DNA from: Vitrella brassicaformis CCMP3155
Lineage: Eukaryota > Protista > Chromerida
Direction of reading: 5' to 3'
Assembly (NCBI GenBank): GCA_001179505.1
Contig: CDMY01000368.1
Coordinates: 1 to 64,000 of the forward strand
DNA: 64,000 bases
Positions within the stretch are counted from its first letter, which is position 1; each line of letters starts with the position of its first letter. Of the stretch, positions 49,401 through 61,155 are shown one piece after another. The position numbers and the translations under genes are program-made. The notes under the pieces were generated by a model that was not told the DNA's origin, did no database searches, and saw nothing but the letters and a program-made list of their open reading frames with translations.

Positions 49401-51031
49401 ATGACCTGTCACCCAAGCTGCAGAAGGGCCAGACTATTCCGATTGCTGACGCCTTGGGCCACCAGCAGCAGAGGGAGGTGAAGCTTATGGTCGATGACGG
49501 AAAGAAGAGGCCCGCTCACAAGGTGATGCAGGGGAAGGCTGCCGCTCCGCGTCGCAAGAGCGTGACGGAGTTGTGGGGCGATCTGAACATTGAGGTGGAC
49601 ATGATGGTGACGCGGACGATGAGGAGGGTCGAGTATATCGAATGGGGGCCGACCAAGATGTTCAAAGAGGTCGTCAGGCGAGACCATCCGATAATGAAGC
49701 TCTTCATCCTCAATCCAGCGTACGCACCAGACTCCTTGGGGCACACAATTGCACACGAAGATGAGTGGATGACACACGTGTCTCCTCCCGTCTCAATGCA
49801 GGTATACTGCCGTTCAGCGCGTTTTCTTCTTCGGCAGCATCAGTCTGGGGATACTGACAATGTGCGCCGTCTTCTTCGACCGCACACGCATGACTGGCGA
49901 GGGTACCGAGAACGTGCTGCTGTCCTTCCAGACTTCGGACATCGCCTGGAAGCTCACCCTGCGGCAGATCGCCGTGCTCATCTGGTCTATCATCCTCGCC
50001 AAACCGGTGGGCCACTTCAGTGCAGCCTTGCCCATACACGCCCCTTCTGTCCTGTCTGTTGTATGATGTCCGTCGCAGGTACCCATCGTGCTCATCCTCC
50101 TCTTCAGGAAGACTGTGCCTCACATCAGACCCTCACCCACACGAATCGGTGAGCGTCTCGCAGGAGGCATACATTTGAGACAGTTTTGCCTGCTCTCCAC
50201 ATGCGTCTGCAGCAGACTACGACGTGCCCGCGGGTAAGAGTTTCTTCCTTGCCAAACGTACTAGTACAAGCTTCGCCAAGAGTGGGCGCCGCATTGCAGA
50301 AATCACTGGCCGCCACTCAGGTGGGTGGGCAATATCCTGCCCTGCTCGGCGTGATGCATGGTGTACTCTTTGTGTCTTCAGGCCACTTCCCGCTTGAAAA
50401 GAAGACGGCCGTGCTAACACGATGGCGGGTGAAAGCGAGGATCGGCGTGGCCATTGCCCTTATCTACTGGTTTGTGTGCGCCTCCTTCCTGGTGTTATTC
50501 GCCTTCTCTGAGCGGCTGGAGCAGCACGACAATCGACCCTCGTACATCATATATCAAGACTTCGTGTTGGCATGCTCAGGTAGGTTGCATGGCACAGCCA
50601 CTGAGGGAGAGAGAAAGACATCTATCACCGTGGTGGCATTTTTTGTCGCAGTCGAAACCCTCAATACCTTCATCCTGCAGCCGATCATCAACTTCATCCT
50701 GTTGTCTCTGCTGCTCATGGCAATCCTGCGCATCGGCTTCTGCGACTGGATCGTTTGGATGATGCCCCACTGGTAAGCGAGCGACACAAGGCAGACGGCG
50801 ATTGCCCGCCTACGCCATCCGTGCGCATGAGGGATGCTATCTATCTATCATATCTATCTATATGATTCGGTCAGGTTCGACTTCACCCACGTGCATGCGG
50901 TGTCTCTGCATGAGCTGACCATCCAACTGCAGGCCATCACTGACACACAGGAGCTCACGCGGGGCATCCTGGGGTTTGCTGGATTAAACATTGACAGCAT
51001 TGGATTCGTCCAGGACGTTTTCTCATTCTGA
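43474..51031 (+). CDS. Polycystin-1/REJ-like GPS (GAIN) multi-pass membrane protein: Myxococcus-type Cys-rich repeats, PAN, 3 dermatopontin-like repeats, Pro/Thr stalk, GPS, TM, cytoplasmic IQ motif, further TMs
   Basis: Signal MFPGHSTLFALLICAVLIPHTRG; CGDGVRGGDDCDDGNEVDGDGCSGAC and CGDGWVGHEEICDDGNVVNDDGC; CARLCLSRHDCAVFEW; CGFWNDTTTQWDTQ|GC..CECDHLTDF (47145-47320); TM AGIFVFIMIAIHLVCLAVSIYF; AVLIQRHWRALLTRK; DHPIMKLFILNP..AVQRVFFF and 4-5 further hydrophobic segments; stop 51029-51031. Confidence 0.82.
45255..45315 (+). repeat. Coding tandem repeat, (SPTPTP)x3 mucin-like stalk
   Basis: Three ~18-nt units TCCCCCAC(G/C)CCGACACC encoding SPTPTPSPTPTPSPTPTP. Confidence 0.85.
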
Positions 51032-51437
51032 CTATGGTGCTGTCTGTGGTTCTGTGCACTTTCTCTCTCTGTGGAGCGTAATTCTGTGTGTCTTAAGTGC
51101 TTTGGGTGATGAAGAGTTTGTTGCGGAATCAACAGTAAGGACATGTCCTGGACAGTGTTTTTTGGGTTTTCTAGGATCGACCGGGATGGCTTATCGCTCT
51201 TGGTTTGACACGTGTGCAAGGGCTTGTCCCAATGCCGTCCCCGGTTGGTACATTGTACTGTATATGCGTGTCATTTTGGAAAGATAGTGTGTCTTCTTCC
51301 TATGATGCACCGGAATGAATGCAGGCAGTGTAAGTCGGCATTTGCGCAGGCGTGTGGCCATGCGACGCGGAGAAGTGAAAAATTGACAACTAGCGGCCTT
51401 CCGCCGAATGTGCACCGACAAATGACACCATCAACTC

Positions 51438-54400
51438 ATGCATTGCAAGTCGCCGCTTCAGCAACACGTTCTACAGTATCTGATGTGCCGTCTGTCAAGT
51501 CCATCAAGCCCTCGCCGTCCGTATTTCCCCCTGCCTTCGGATCGTCGACAGACTTTTGAGCTCGCAAGTTTCCTCCCCAACTCACTTAGGAAGAAAAGTG
51601 GGCCTCATTCATCATTGAAGCGTTCCCAGCGTTTCCTCGACTGGATCTTTCCACTGGATCTCCCATTGACGAGCGTCACGAGAAGATCTCTGCAGCCCAG
51701 CCCTGCCACACCTGCCAGCAAGCAGGCCCGTGCCGAGCGCGTGAACAAGGTCGCCCAGCAACGTGGTGGGACGATGACGAGACTGCAGCACGTTGCGACG
51801 TACCGTTTCTCATTGTATCCATTGTTTTCTGTGCTGCAGAATCGGCTGTGTGTGGCTGTGCTGTGTGAGGTGTGTGGGTATCGATGTCGGTGCGTCGGGT
51901 GGTCCGTTTCGTCCTCTGGTGCAGCAACCAGCCGCGCCAGAAACTGATCCGTATGGGACTGCAAGGCTCTGGAGGTGAGCACAGATGTGGTGTGGTGTCC
52001 TGTCATCCTCTCGTGGCTGGCTTGATTCTCCCGTTCAGTCGCACTGGCGGCGTACATGGGTATGGATTTCCTTTATGCGACTGACGTCCGCCCCATGGCC
52101 CCGCAGGCAATCGCTGAGCACCTGAAGGCGGGGTCCGTGCAGGCGTGCACGCCCGAAGGAGTGAGGGGCTACTTCACCACCTTCAGAGCGGCGCCCAAGG
52201 GCGAGCCGACGGACCAGGTGGCGATTGATGCTGAGAACGGGATCTTCACGATCTTCGACGGCACCAATGGGTCGCTGTGCGCCAAGTTCCTCAAGGACAA
52301 CTTCCTGGACATTCTGCGCTTCGATCTCTACCGCATGTTCTCGCCCGTATTCAACAAGAGGAGACGACGGAACACAGAGGAAGCAGAGGGAGATAACGGC
52401 TCCACCATCCCCCGGTCGACGGCGGCTTCCCACGTCAACAAGGGGTGGCTCAACTTCTCGGGCAGCGAGCTCATCTTCGAGGTGCCCTTTGGCCTCCAGG
52501 CCAAGTGGATCGACGCCATCAGCAACAGCTTCTACGTCGCTGAGCGGATGTTCTTCCTCAGGAACGAACACCGCGGCTCGTCCGTCGACGACCACCTGTC
52601 GGGCGCCAGCGTCGCCTCGGCCATCGTCACGCCCATCGGCCTCGTTGTTGCAAACATTGGCGAGACCGTCAGTGTCCTTGGGGCCGTCAGAAAGACAGCA
52701 AACAATGCCGGTACGCAACCAAACGGATAGCAAAGGAGTGCGGGTGGACGGCTGGGTAGCTGCGTGTTTGTGCCGGTGAGTGTGTGTGTGCTGCAGTGCA
52801 ACCCCCTGAATCGATGCGCGGAATCCCCGTGGGCGACCATGAGAGGCTTGATTCGTTCCAGATGACAGCTCGGCACACGTGCGACAGTGTCAGCGAGAGG
52901 AAGCGCATCGCGGGCAGCCACCAGCACCGGCAGATTTACAGAGACATGTTCTACAACAGGGGGCTACTCAAAGGACAGCTGCGCATCACCAGGGCCATCG
53001 GCTCGTACCACCTGAAGGTCTGTCGAGCAGTGGCAGAGAGCACTGTCCATGGATGTGTGGGCCTGACCTGATTGGTGCATCCTGCCGTCAATTGTACCTT
53101 GTGTGTCGACCATCAGGACACGAACATTTGGGAGCGTCTGCCTGAAAAGCACCCAAAGCTTTACAAGTTCCCTCCCGTCCAGCCATATGTCATCTGCATG
53201 CCGGTAAGTAGCGCCTGACACACACACAACAGGGAGGGGACACAGAGGACGATCAATCATCCATGCGTCTGTCCTGTGTGTGTGTGTTTCCTCAGGAATA
53301 CTGCCTACAGGTAAAGGGACATCGGGAAGGTACAACAAAAAACAGTGCAACCACAGGTAGACGAGATGCCGTCCTTGCTTTGGTTCAGCAATACTTTCCC
53401 GAAGTCAAGTTCATGCTCATGGGTAAGTGGGCAGCCAACGCCCCGCCCCATCCATGTGATGTTGGCGCTAGCTGAATGTTTGTTTCCTCGTTAACCGTTC
53501 ACTCATTCAGGCTCGAGTGGGTTTTGGCAGCTGGTGGACAAGGACGAGGCAGTCAAGGCGACGTACCAGTTCCTGGAGGCCGAAAAGCAGGCCAGACAGG
53601 ACCTCATCAACCAACAAACACAAACCATACCACAACCCGCCGTGGTAACAAACACCACACATCCATCCGCGCACACATATCATGGATCTTCGTATGGCAC
53701 TGCTCGTCTCGTCTCGTGTGTGTCGTGTCAGGTCACCACCCCGGCAGCAGCACCAGATGTGTCCCCTGAGCCGCCTTCACAGCAAGAGAAGGAGGCCGAC
53801 GACACAGTGGGTGTGGTGCCCTCGCCCCTCGCCGGATCGCTGGTGGCCCGCCTGCAGCACATGCTCTTCTCACGCACCACAGCCACACCGGCATACGCAC
53901 AGGAAAGCAGCGGCGCGGCCAGCGAGCCTGGGCCGAAGAAACACAATGAAGAGGCCAAGGCGAGCGACGTCTTGCAGCCGACGATTGAGCAACCAATGGT
54001 AAGCCAGAGGGAGGGAACAAAGGCTGGTCCGTCCGTCCGTCCGTCCGTCCGTCGATGATGGACGCCAATGAGTGTGGGTGGATGCGGGGCATGCATGTTG
54101 ATGGGTGAATGAATGGTCAGGGTATGGATGTGTCGACCTACCTGATGCGCAAGGCCCTCTCCGTAGCCGCCAAACGAAACCAGTAAGTGAGACAGCCACC
54201 CACCCACCAATCAGCTCCTGTTGTCTTGTATGTGTCATCTATCTGTTGCTTGGTCCATCCATCGATCCATCGATGGATCGATGTGTCAGGATGATGCATC
54301 TGAACGCCCAGGTGTTTGAGGACTGCCTCCCCACGGTGGCCACCCGGGGTCTGCAGAAACACTTCAACAAATACGGACTGCCATACCCCGCTTGCGAAGA

Positions 54401-55106
54401 ACGACTGCTCTCAAAGTGGGTGGATAGGATAGGCTATGTATCTTCCGCCGTACTACTATGTGTCCGCTCCTCTCTCTCTCCGTACGTGTGATTGTGTGTA
54501 TAGCCTGATCAAGACGCACCGCAGGCGGACCAATCGGGACCTCCACCCACTGCCGTCCACTACAGAAGTCCTCAACGACGGTATGTACGTCTATCTATCA
54601 GACAGACAGACAGACAGGCAGCCACACAGACCGATGGATGGATGGCTGTGGTGTGGTGTGGATTGGTTCAGATGTGACAGTGGGTGTGCTGGTGCTGCCC
54701 AGCAAACTCAGCCGCACCCCTCCCAAAAACAGGTCAGTGGGCTACCCTTGACACGGACTGACTGGCAGAGCAGAGGACCCATCCCATCCCATTCATCAGC
54801 TGGCTCTCCCCCTTGTCTGTGTGCAGGTTTGCCGATCCCTCTATGGGTCCGCCTGCGATCGCGCCTGCCGTCAAGGAGTTGGAGGCCGACATTCCCAAGT
54901 CCATGCCAGCGCCCGCCAATGAAGGCAGATGGAACATACCCATGGCGTACGCCAAAACACAGACAGATAGACAGAAACGGTTTCTGCTCTCTCCATACAC
55001 ACAACAAACATGTTGTGTGCATGTGTGTGTGTGTGTGTATGTGTATCTCAGTGACAGGCAGTGGTGGGATATCTCGCCCATCCACAACTACAGCCCCGGT
55101 AGCTAA
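51438..55106 (+). CDS. PP2C/PPM-fold protein, probable pseudophosphatase; N-terminus possibly mitochondrial-targeting (start 51438 or 51483)
   Basis: IFTIFDGTNGSLCAKFLKDN, SGASVASAIV..LVVANIGET, HTCDSVSERKRI, LKGQLRITRAIGSYHLK, FMLMG|SSGFWQLV; several conserved Asp positions substituted. Last exon ends HNYSPGS* at 55106. Confidence 0.8.
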
Positions 55107-55540
55107 GTGGGTGTGTGTGGATGGGATGGGTGTGTTCGGAGTTAGTGAGGCTGAGTGGCGTCAGTGACAGTCAGTCATTGGTCGGCGTCCAAGTCCGGCA
55201 GTTTGGTGAGGGTGTTGGTTTGTAGTCTATGTAATGCTCCTGCCCCTCCACAGACAGGCAGGCAGGTTTCCCTTCGTGGAGGGGGTGGATTTAATGATAA
55301 CCATGATCTGACTATCGACATTCTCGGCACGGAGGATTCCATCCATCCATCCGTCCACTTGATCATCCAATCCACTCACTGCAGCACTGCAGTGCACACA
55401 TTCGTTCGTCGGTCAACCGCAACAATCACATGCCTCCCTGCCTGCCTCCCTGGCTGGCTAGGCCGGCCTCTCCTTCTCTCCGCTGGCTGTGTGCATGCAC
55501 GTATGTACGCGTGTGTGAGTCGGTCCATGCATCCCATCTA

Positions 55541-58003
55541 TCAGGCGGGTCGCATTTGTGAGTTTATGGCCTCAGGCATCCCATCCACCATCAAAGGGAT
55601 TGTCGACTGACCCTGGTGGAGATCGGCCCTGATGTGATTGATGTACAGTCACACACAGAGACAGACACACAGACGTGCGCATCGATCGCATCATGCCCAG
55701 CGTTGGTTGATCCCTTGTCATGTCACCCAACCTCCCTCCCTTTTTTTATTCATATATGCGGGCCGACCTGAAGACTCTGAATTTGTCCTGCATTGTGTTG
55801 CGGGACGCCACAAGCACCTGCAGTGCACCCACACACATTCATCCACACACGACACCCTCACACAAGTGTATGTATGTCTTTTCCAGCCGGCCTCTTGTGT
55901 CCGTCGATTGCATTGCCCACCCACCACTTTGCCTCCGGCATTTTTGCCCTCAATGGTGTAGGTGGCGTTGACAAAGAGAGTCCGCTGCGGACCAACTACA
56001 TATGCCCACACACACACACACACACACACACAGGAATGGATGAAGCAGCCAGCCAACCAGCCAGCCGTTGGGGCACGTCGCGTCTCGCATACCCGCCGAG
56101 AGGATGCTGCAGAGGCAGCGGGGCGACCAAAGCGGGCGACAGACGAGATGCAGATAGACAAGGAGACAGATCATTATTATAGATCCATCCCCCGTGACTA
56201 GTGACCGACGCTCACCTTGGTCTTCCGCCGATAACGGCCCGTATTTGTGGATGGTTCTGAGCACACAGCAGAGTGGCCAGCCAATGAAGGGGCCAGGCCA
56301 CACTCCAGCAGTGTACCAATACGAATCTGCGACCGAACCCCGCCCCCATGGCGTCTTTGATCTTGTTGTACAAGTGCAGCCCACCAAATCCAGCAACCAA
56401 CAACTGCAGTGCACCCAGCCAACAATACATTCATCAATTGATCCATTCATCCATCCATCCACATCCATCCATGGAAGCCTGCCTGCATCATGTATGTGTC
56501 GTGTCTGTCCCTGGGTGCGTGCTCGTCCCACCTACCGTCGCAACAATCATGGCGTACATGACAAAATACTTCGGCCGCTCTCGCATGTGCGCCGAATCGT
56601 GGGAGAAGAACGCCTCTGAAACACAAATCCATACATCCATCCATCCACGAATGACGTCGGGACACCGGCAGGCACTTTGCTGCCCATCCATGCCATCCAC
56701 CGTGCCGATCAACAGGTGTCCCTACCGATGTCAGGGTGGCTGTAAGGGTGTCCGTGCAGTATGACAGTCTGGTTGTAGTCGCCCTGTGGACACAGCACCA
56801 CACTCTCAAGTATCCACCTCGACGGCACACCCGACCGGTAGTCAACACCACCACCAGACCGACGAGCCACAGACACAGAACCACTCTTATGTTTGGCCTC
56901 TGATCGATCGATCGATGGACGAAGCGCACACACACAGCCAGACACATGAGTGAGTGCCGCTGCCAAGTCGTCCATTGGTCTCACTTGTGGGTGGTTCGTC
57001 CGCAGGCTCGTCGGGCTGGCTGCTCGGCAGCTGGCAGGCAGGCACAGACAGACACGGAAGGAAGGAACACAGACAGACAGACAAACAGACAAACAGACAG
57101 ACAGGCAGCCATAGGCGTGCGTGTCACGATTAGCTGCATGGGGCTGCTGCGCCCCATATGCCTTGCCTACCTTCTTGTACACCATGTTGACAAGCTTGGT
57201 AATTTTCTCCACGATAAGGTTTTTGATCTCCCAGGGGTGCTCGTAGTAGTGTATGAGAAAGGACCTTGCCGGCAAAGAGGGGTCGTCCTCAAACATGTCG
57301 TCGTCCTGGTCCTTACTGCCACTCCCGTCCTTGGTCTTGTTCTTCTTGTAGGCGCCTTTGCCGCCGCCCTCCTGCAGGGCCAGCAGGGGACTCAAACTAC
57401 GCCGACGGGCACCTATCAACACCTACACGCACACACACGGGGACGGACGGACGGTGTGTCTGGTCTGTAACCGATTGGCTGAGTGACAGAGAGACCGACT
57501 GAGTGACCTGTGCAGTGCCATTTGGCCCAGTGAGTTTGACCTCTGATCGTGCGTAGAACTTCATTGAGTCGAGAGTGCACCGCCGGAAGGGCGACACTGA
57601 CACAGGCGCACCCACGTGACGCTCCACCGAGCTGTCGTGCTGCACCCACCACCACAGACACACAGCACAGACAGAGAGAAAAGAATGAACGACATAAGGC
57701 GGCCCACGTGTGGTGAAGAGTATATATGTGTGTATGTGTGGGTCGCATGATGATTGTCTGTCTTGCCTTGAGCCCGTCGAGCACAGGCGTCAGGTAGGAG
57801 TGGTTCTTGTCCTGGTTGATGTATCCCTGGACCGCTGATGACACCGCAGCAGCCACTGCCACGCCCCACGCTCCTGCTATCGTGTAAGGCACGTTCTCGG
57901 GAACCCACAATGAGCGCAACTGCAAACACACAGCCAAGCGCGGGACAACAAATGGAAGGATCTGATAGCGCAGTGTGTCATGCATGGGCTGACTTCTTAC
58001 CAT
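55541..58003 (-). CDS. Membrane protein with two tandem TM + Tim21/Coa1-like modules (tentative)
   Basis: Consistent 9-exon splice model from ATG|GTAAG (58003-58001) to TGA 55543-55541. Module 1: AGAWGVAVAAAVSSAV..VERHVGAPVSV..ARSEVKLTGPNGTAQVLIGA..WILESVVL. Module 2: YFVMYAMIVATLLVAGFGGLHLY..NHPQIRAVIGGRP..VNATYTIEGKNAGGKVLVAS..FRVFRADL. Confidence 0.5.
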
Positions 58004-58035
58004 TCTGCATCAGATCTCCGATCCTGCGCGACCTG

Positions 58036-58113
58036 GGTTTTCAGGGTTTCACCTGTAGGGTTCAAAAACCTAAACCCTAAACCCTTAGAACCCAAACCCT
58101 GCACCTTGAACCC
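58036..58113. repeat. Degenerate interstitial telomere-like repeats in inverted arrangement (G-rich units then C-rich units)
   Basis: gggtttt-cagggttt-cacct-gtagggtt then aaaaacct-aaaccct-aaaccct-tagaaccc-aaaccct-gcacct-tgaaccct; a further AAAACCCTAAA at ~58366. Confidence 0.7.
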
Positions 58114-58622
58114 TGGTGCTGGAACTCTACACTTGGGCGCATCCAGGTTCATCAATCCATTAGTGTAGGTGTGCACATGGAGCAAACATGTTGCACTGTT
58201 CTGTCCTGTGTTGCATTGTGTGTCGGTCTGAGCCAGTCGAAGAGACTGAAATAACAATCCCTAGTCAGCTCAGACAAGCTCAGATAAGAAGAGCAATCAA
58301 TGTGTATACCACACCCGCAGCCCAGTGAGATCCCTCCACTGCAGCTGCTCTCGCTCACACTTCGCAAAACCCTAAACAATGCCCTATTTTCCGAACGACA
58401 AGACTCAAGTTGATGAATGAATAGCCAAACAAAGAGGGCAGCAAAACACACAGGCGCAGGACAGAAGCTGGCTCTTTGACCGACCGACAAAACGGCATGC
58501 TGTGAATGACGGCATGCCTGCCTCTTTTCTCTCCCGCCAGCCCAGCACTCCCTCCCAGCCCTTCCTTCCTCCAACCCCTCTTGACTTTATACACGTATGT
58601 ATCATCGATGGCCACACTCCCA

Positions 58623-60920
58623 TCACGGACGCACCAGGCGGCCCCCATCCTGCACCCGCCAAACCCCACCCGCGTGCTGGAAGTGTTGTTGCTGAAAGGG
58701 CAGGGGGCGAGCGTACGGCTGGTTGATGGGCGGCTGGTGGTGGTAGACAGGAAGCAGCTGGCGCACTGCGTTGATCCGAGGATGCATCGGCCGGACGGGG
58801 GGGTGAGAAGGCTGCTGGTGAGAAGGCTGAGCAGCCTTTATCTCCTTGGGTATGCCGCATACTGCACGCCGCACGCCTCGCACGATTGACCTCATCGATA
58901 GACAGCACCCGCACGTTTCAGCCCCAGTTGCCGGCACAGTCGGCCTTGTGTGCGGCTGGCAAGGAGGGACTCGATGATGAGAGGGGGGAGCCTCACGCAC
59001 GACGGTGCGTCTGATGGCCTCTACGCGCTGCTTCACATGCCGTAGACTCGGACGATGATCCGGATGCACCTGCGTGCACTCCTTCATGAGGGTCACCAGC
59101 TGGTGTGTGGCGGTGTTGGTGTCGTAGCCGGCAGGAAGGACGTCTCTGACTGGTAGCCCGTTGTTGACATCCAACATGCAGGCCCCAGTCGCGCCGAGAC
59201 AGAGGAGATAGCCCGTGAGGTAGGTCATCGTCTTCTCGGTCACCCATCCCCAAGTCTCCGAGTAGCCAGGCTGATATATGACAGCAGGGAGCAAAAGCAC
59301 AATGCATCAAGACAGTCAATGAGTAAGGATTCCTTCCCATAAGGCCGGACACGTACGTATGTTGCATGGGGCGTCAGCACAAAGGGGAGGCCGGCGTCTC
59401 TGTTGTGAGCAGCCCATCTCCCCCCAGCTGCCTGCCATTCTTCCGGCGTTGGGTTGGAAGAGAGCAAAGAGCTGTTCGCACCGTGATACGCCCACCCGCC
59501 CATGGTTGGCGACTCAGGTGCCCAGGTGAAAGCCGACCAGGTGACGGGCGGCTCACCCTCACAAGGGCCAGAATCACGGACTAGACATGCCCGATCTACC
59601 GATGAAAGGGCGGGGGCGACCGAGATGATGTCCCCCACAGGATGCGTCGCTGCCGCGGCTCTGGTCCAGCCTCCTCCTGGCCCTCTCTTGATGGCCCCAG
59701 ACGTGCGAAACGACACCAGACCACCCAGGTCGAACATGAACACACGCTGCCGCCCATCCCGGCCCGCTGAGGGGTTGATGAACAGGTTGTTGAGCACTCC
59801 GTCGAGGTGCAAAAAGTCGTATCCCTCGTACAGCTGCAGGTGGGCGTCAACGGCGGCTGTGAGGACGTCTAGAACCATCGCCACTCTCTCCCGTGACACT
59901 GTCTCGCCGCTGTCACGCTCATATCGATCCGTGCAGCATTGCGTCGTCCACTCCGCCAGGGGCCGATAGTCTGCGGGGATCTTCTCGAGACAGAGGAACA
60001 GCACTCGGGCGTCACTTTGCCAGCGCCACGCCCCGTCTGCCCTCGTTTGATGCACGCCGGCGGTGCCATAATGGCCGCCAACAAACAAGTCCCGTTCCGT
60101 CACACCACAGAGTGTGCCGTCGAGGTAGAGGGATGGAACAGGCACCGACACATGCTGCCGCCTCTTGCCGTCCTCCAGCAGCCGATAAGCGGCCCCCTCA
60201 TAGTACAGCATCTGCGTCGTCGCCAGCCGCTGAGGGTCCCCGACAGAGGGCGGCACACTGCCATCGGGGAGTTTGGCCCATTTCACGGCACACGGCTGGC
60301 GCTTGATGCACTCGACAGGCAGGGAACGATGACGAAAGGCAAAGGTGAGGGCCAAACCGTTTCTCACCCCTTCAGCCCCCTGGCCCCTGCCAAGCTCCTC
60401 GAACAGGTAGATCTACGCACACACAGAGAGAGAAAGAGAGAGAAACAAACAGATAAGTGAGTGATGTGCGTTTGTTTTGTATGGGAGTGCACTGCACGCC
60501 TTTGTTTGAGACCTCGTGGCAAAGCAGCCCATCGTGGAAGAGGATGCGCTCTTTGGCGTGCGAGATGCCAAATTGGGCGACGTGAGGCGGTCGGGTGGGA
60601 GGTGGTGGGGATGCCGCAGGAGGGGGGTGATGCGCAGCAGCAGCCTGGTCCTGCTGAACGAGTGGGTGTGGCACATGGCCCATGCATGTTCTCCAACCCG
60701 GTCGTGGAGTCGCAATGTGCTCCCCGCCTTCCGGTGCGCCTGCAAGTAAGGCAAGTAAGGCAAGACAGCCACAAACGAACCGAGCGATGGATGCTATGGC
60801 GTGTTGGCTCATCTATCCATTTCATTCATTCATTCTCACCGCTTTGCGAGGAGAAAGATATCGATATCGTCAGTCCACCCTCCCCTCCATTCTCACCGAG
60901 GGCTCCTTCCTCTTGTAGCA
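58623..60920 (-). CDS. Divergent ePK-fold protein kinase with long insertions (5' end uncertain)
   Basis: IYLFEELGRGQGAEG (Gly loop, ~60370-60410), CAVK, EGAAYRLL, LFLCLEKI, FLHLDGVLNNLFI, VFMFDLG, TWAPE, TMTYLTG, LVTLMKECTQVHPDHRPSLRHV; Pro/Gln-rich tail to stop at 58623. Confidence 0.8.
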
Positions 60921-61155
60921 TGATTCGTCAACAGAGAGAGGGGAGTCTGTGAGGACAAGGAGGCTTGGTTGGTTATGTGTAACGATGAAGTTGCCACGAA
61001 CGGGGTTGCTTGGATCTTGGGCGACCCTGGGCTGGCGCCAGCCGTCCGAATTGCGGGCAAGTTGGCTGAGCTCGCAGATGGAATGAAGGCGGGGCCCCCA
61101 AACTGATGTTTCACCACTGATGATTGTGCTTATGGTCTGTGTTTCGGCAGCAGTG

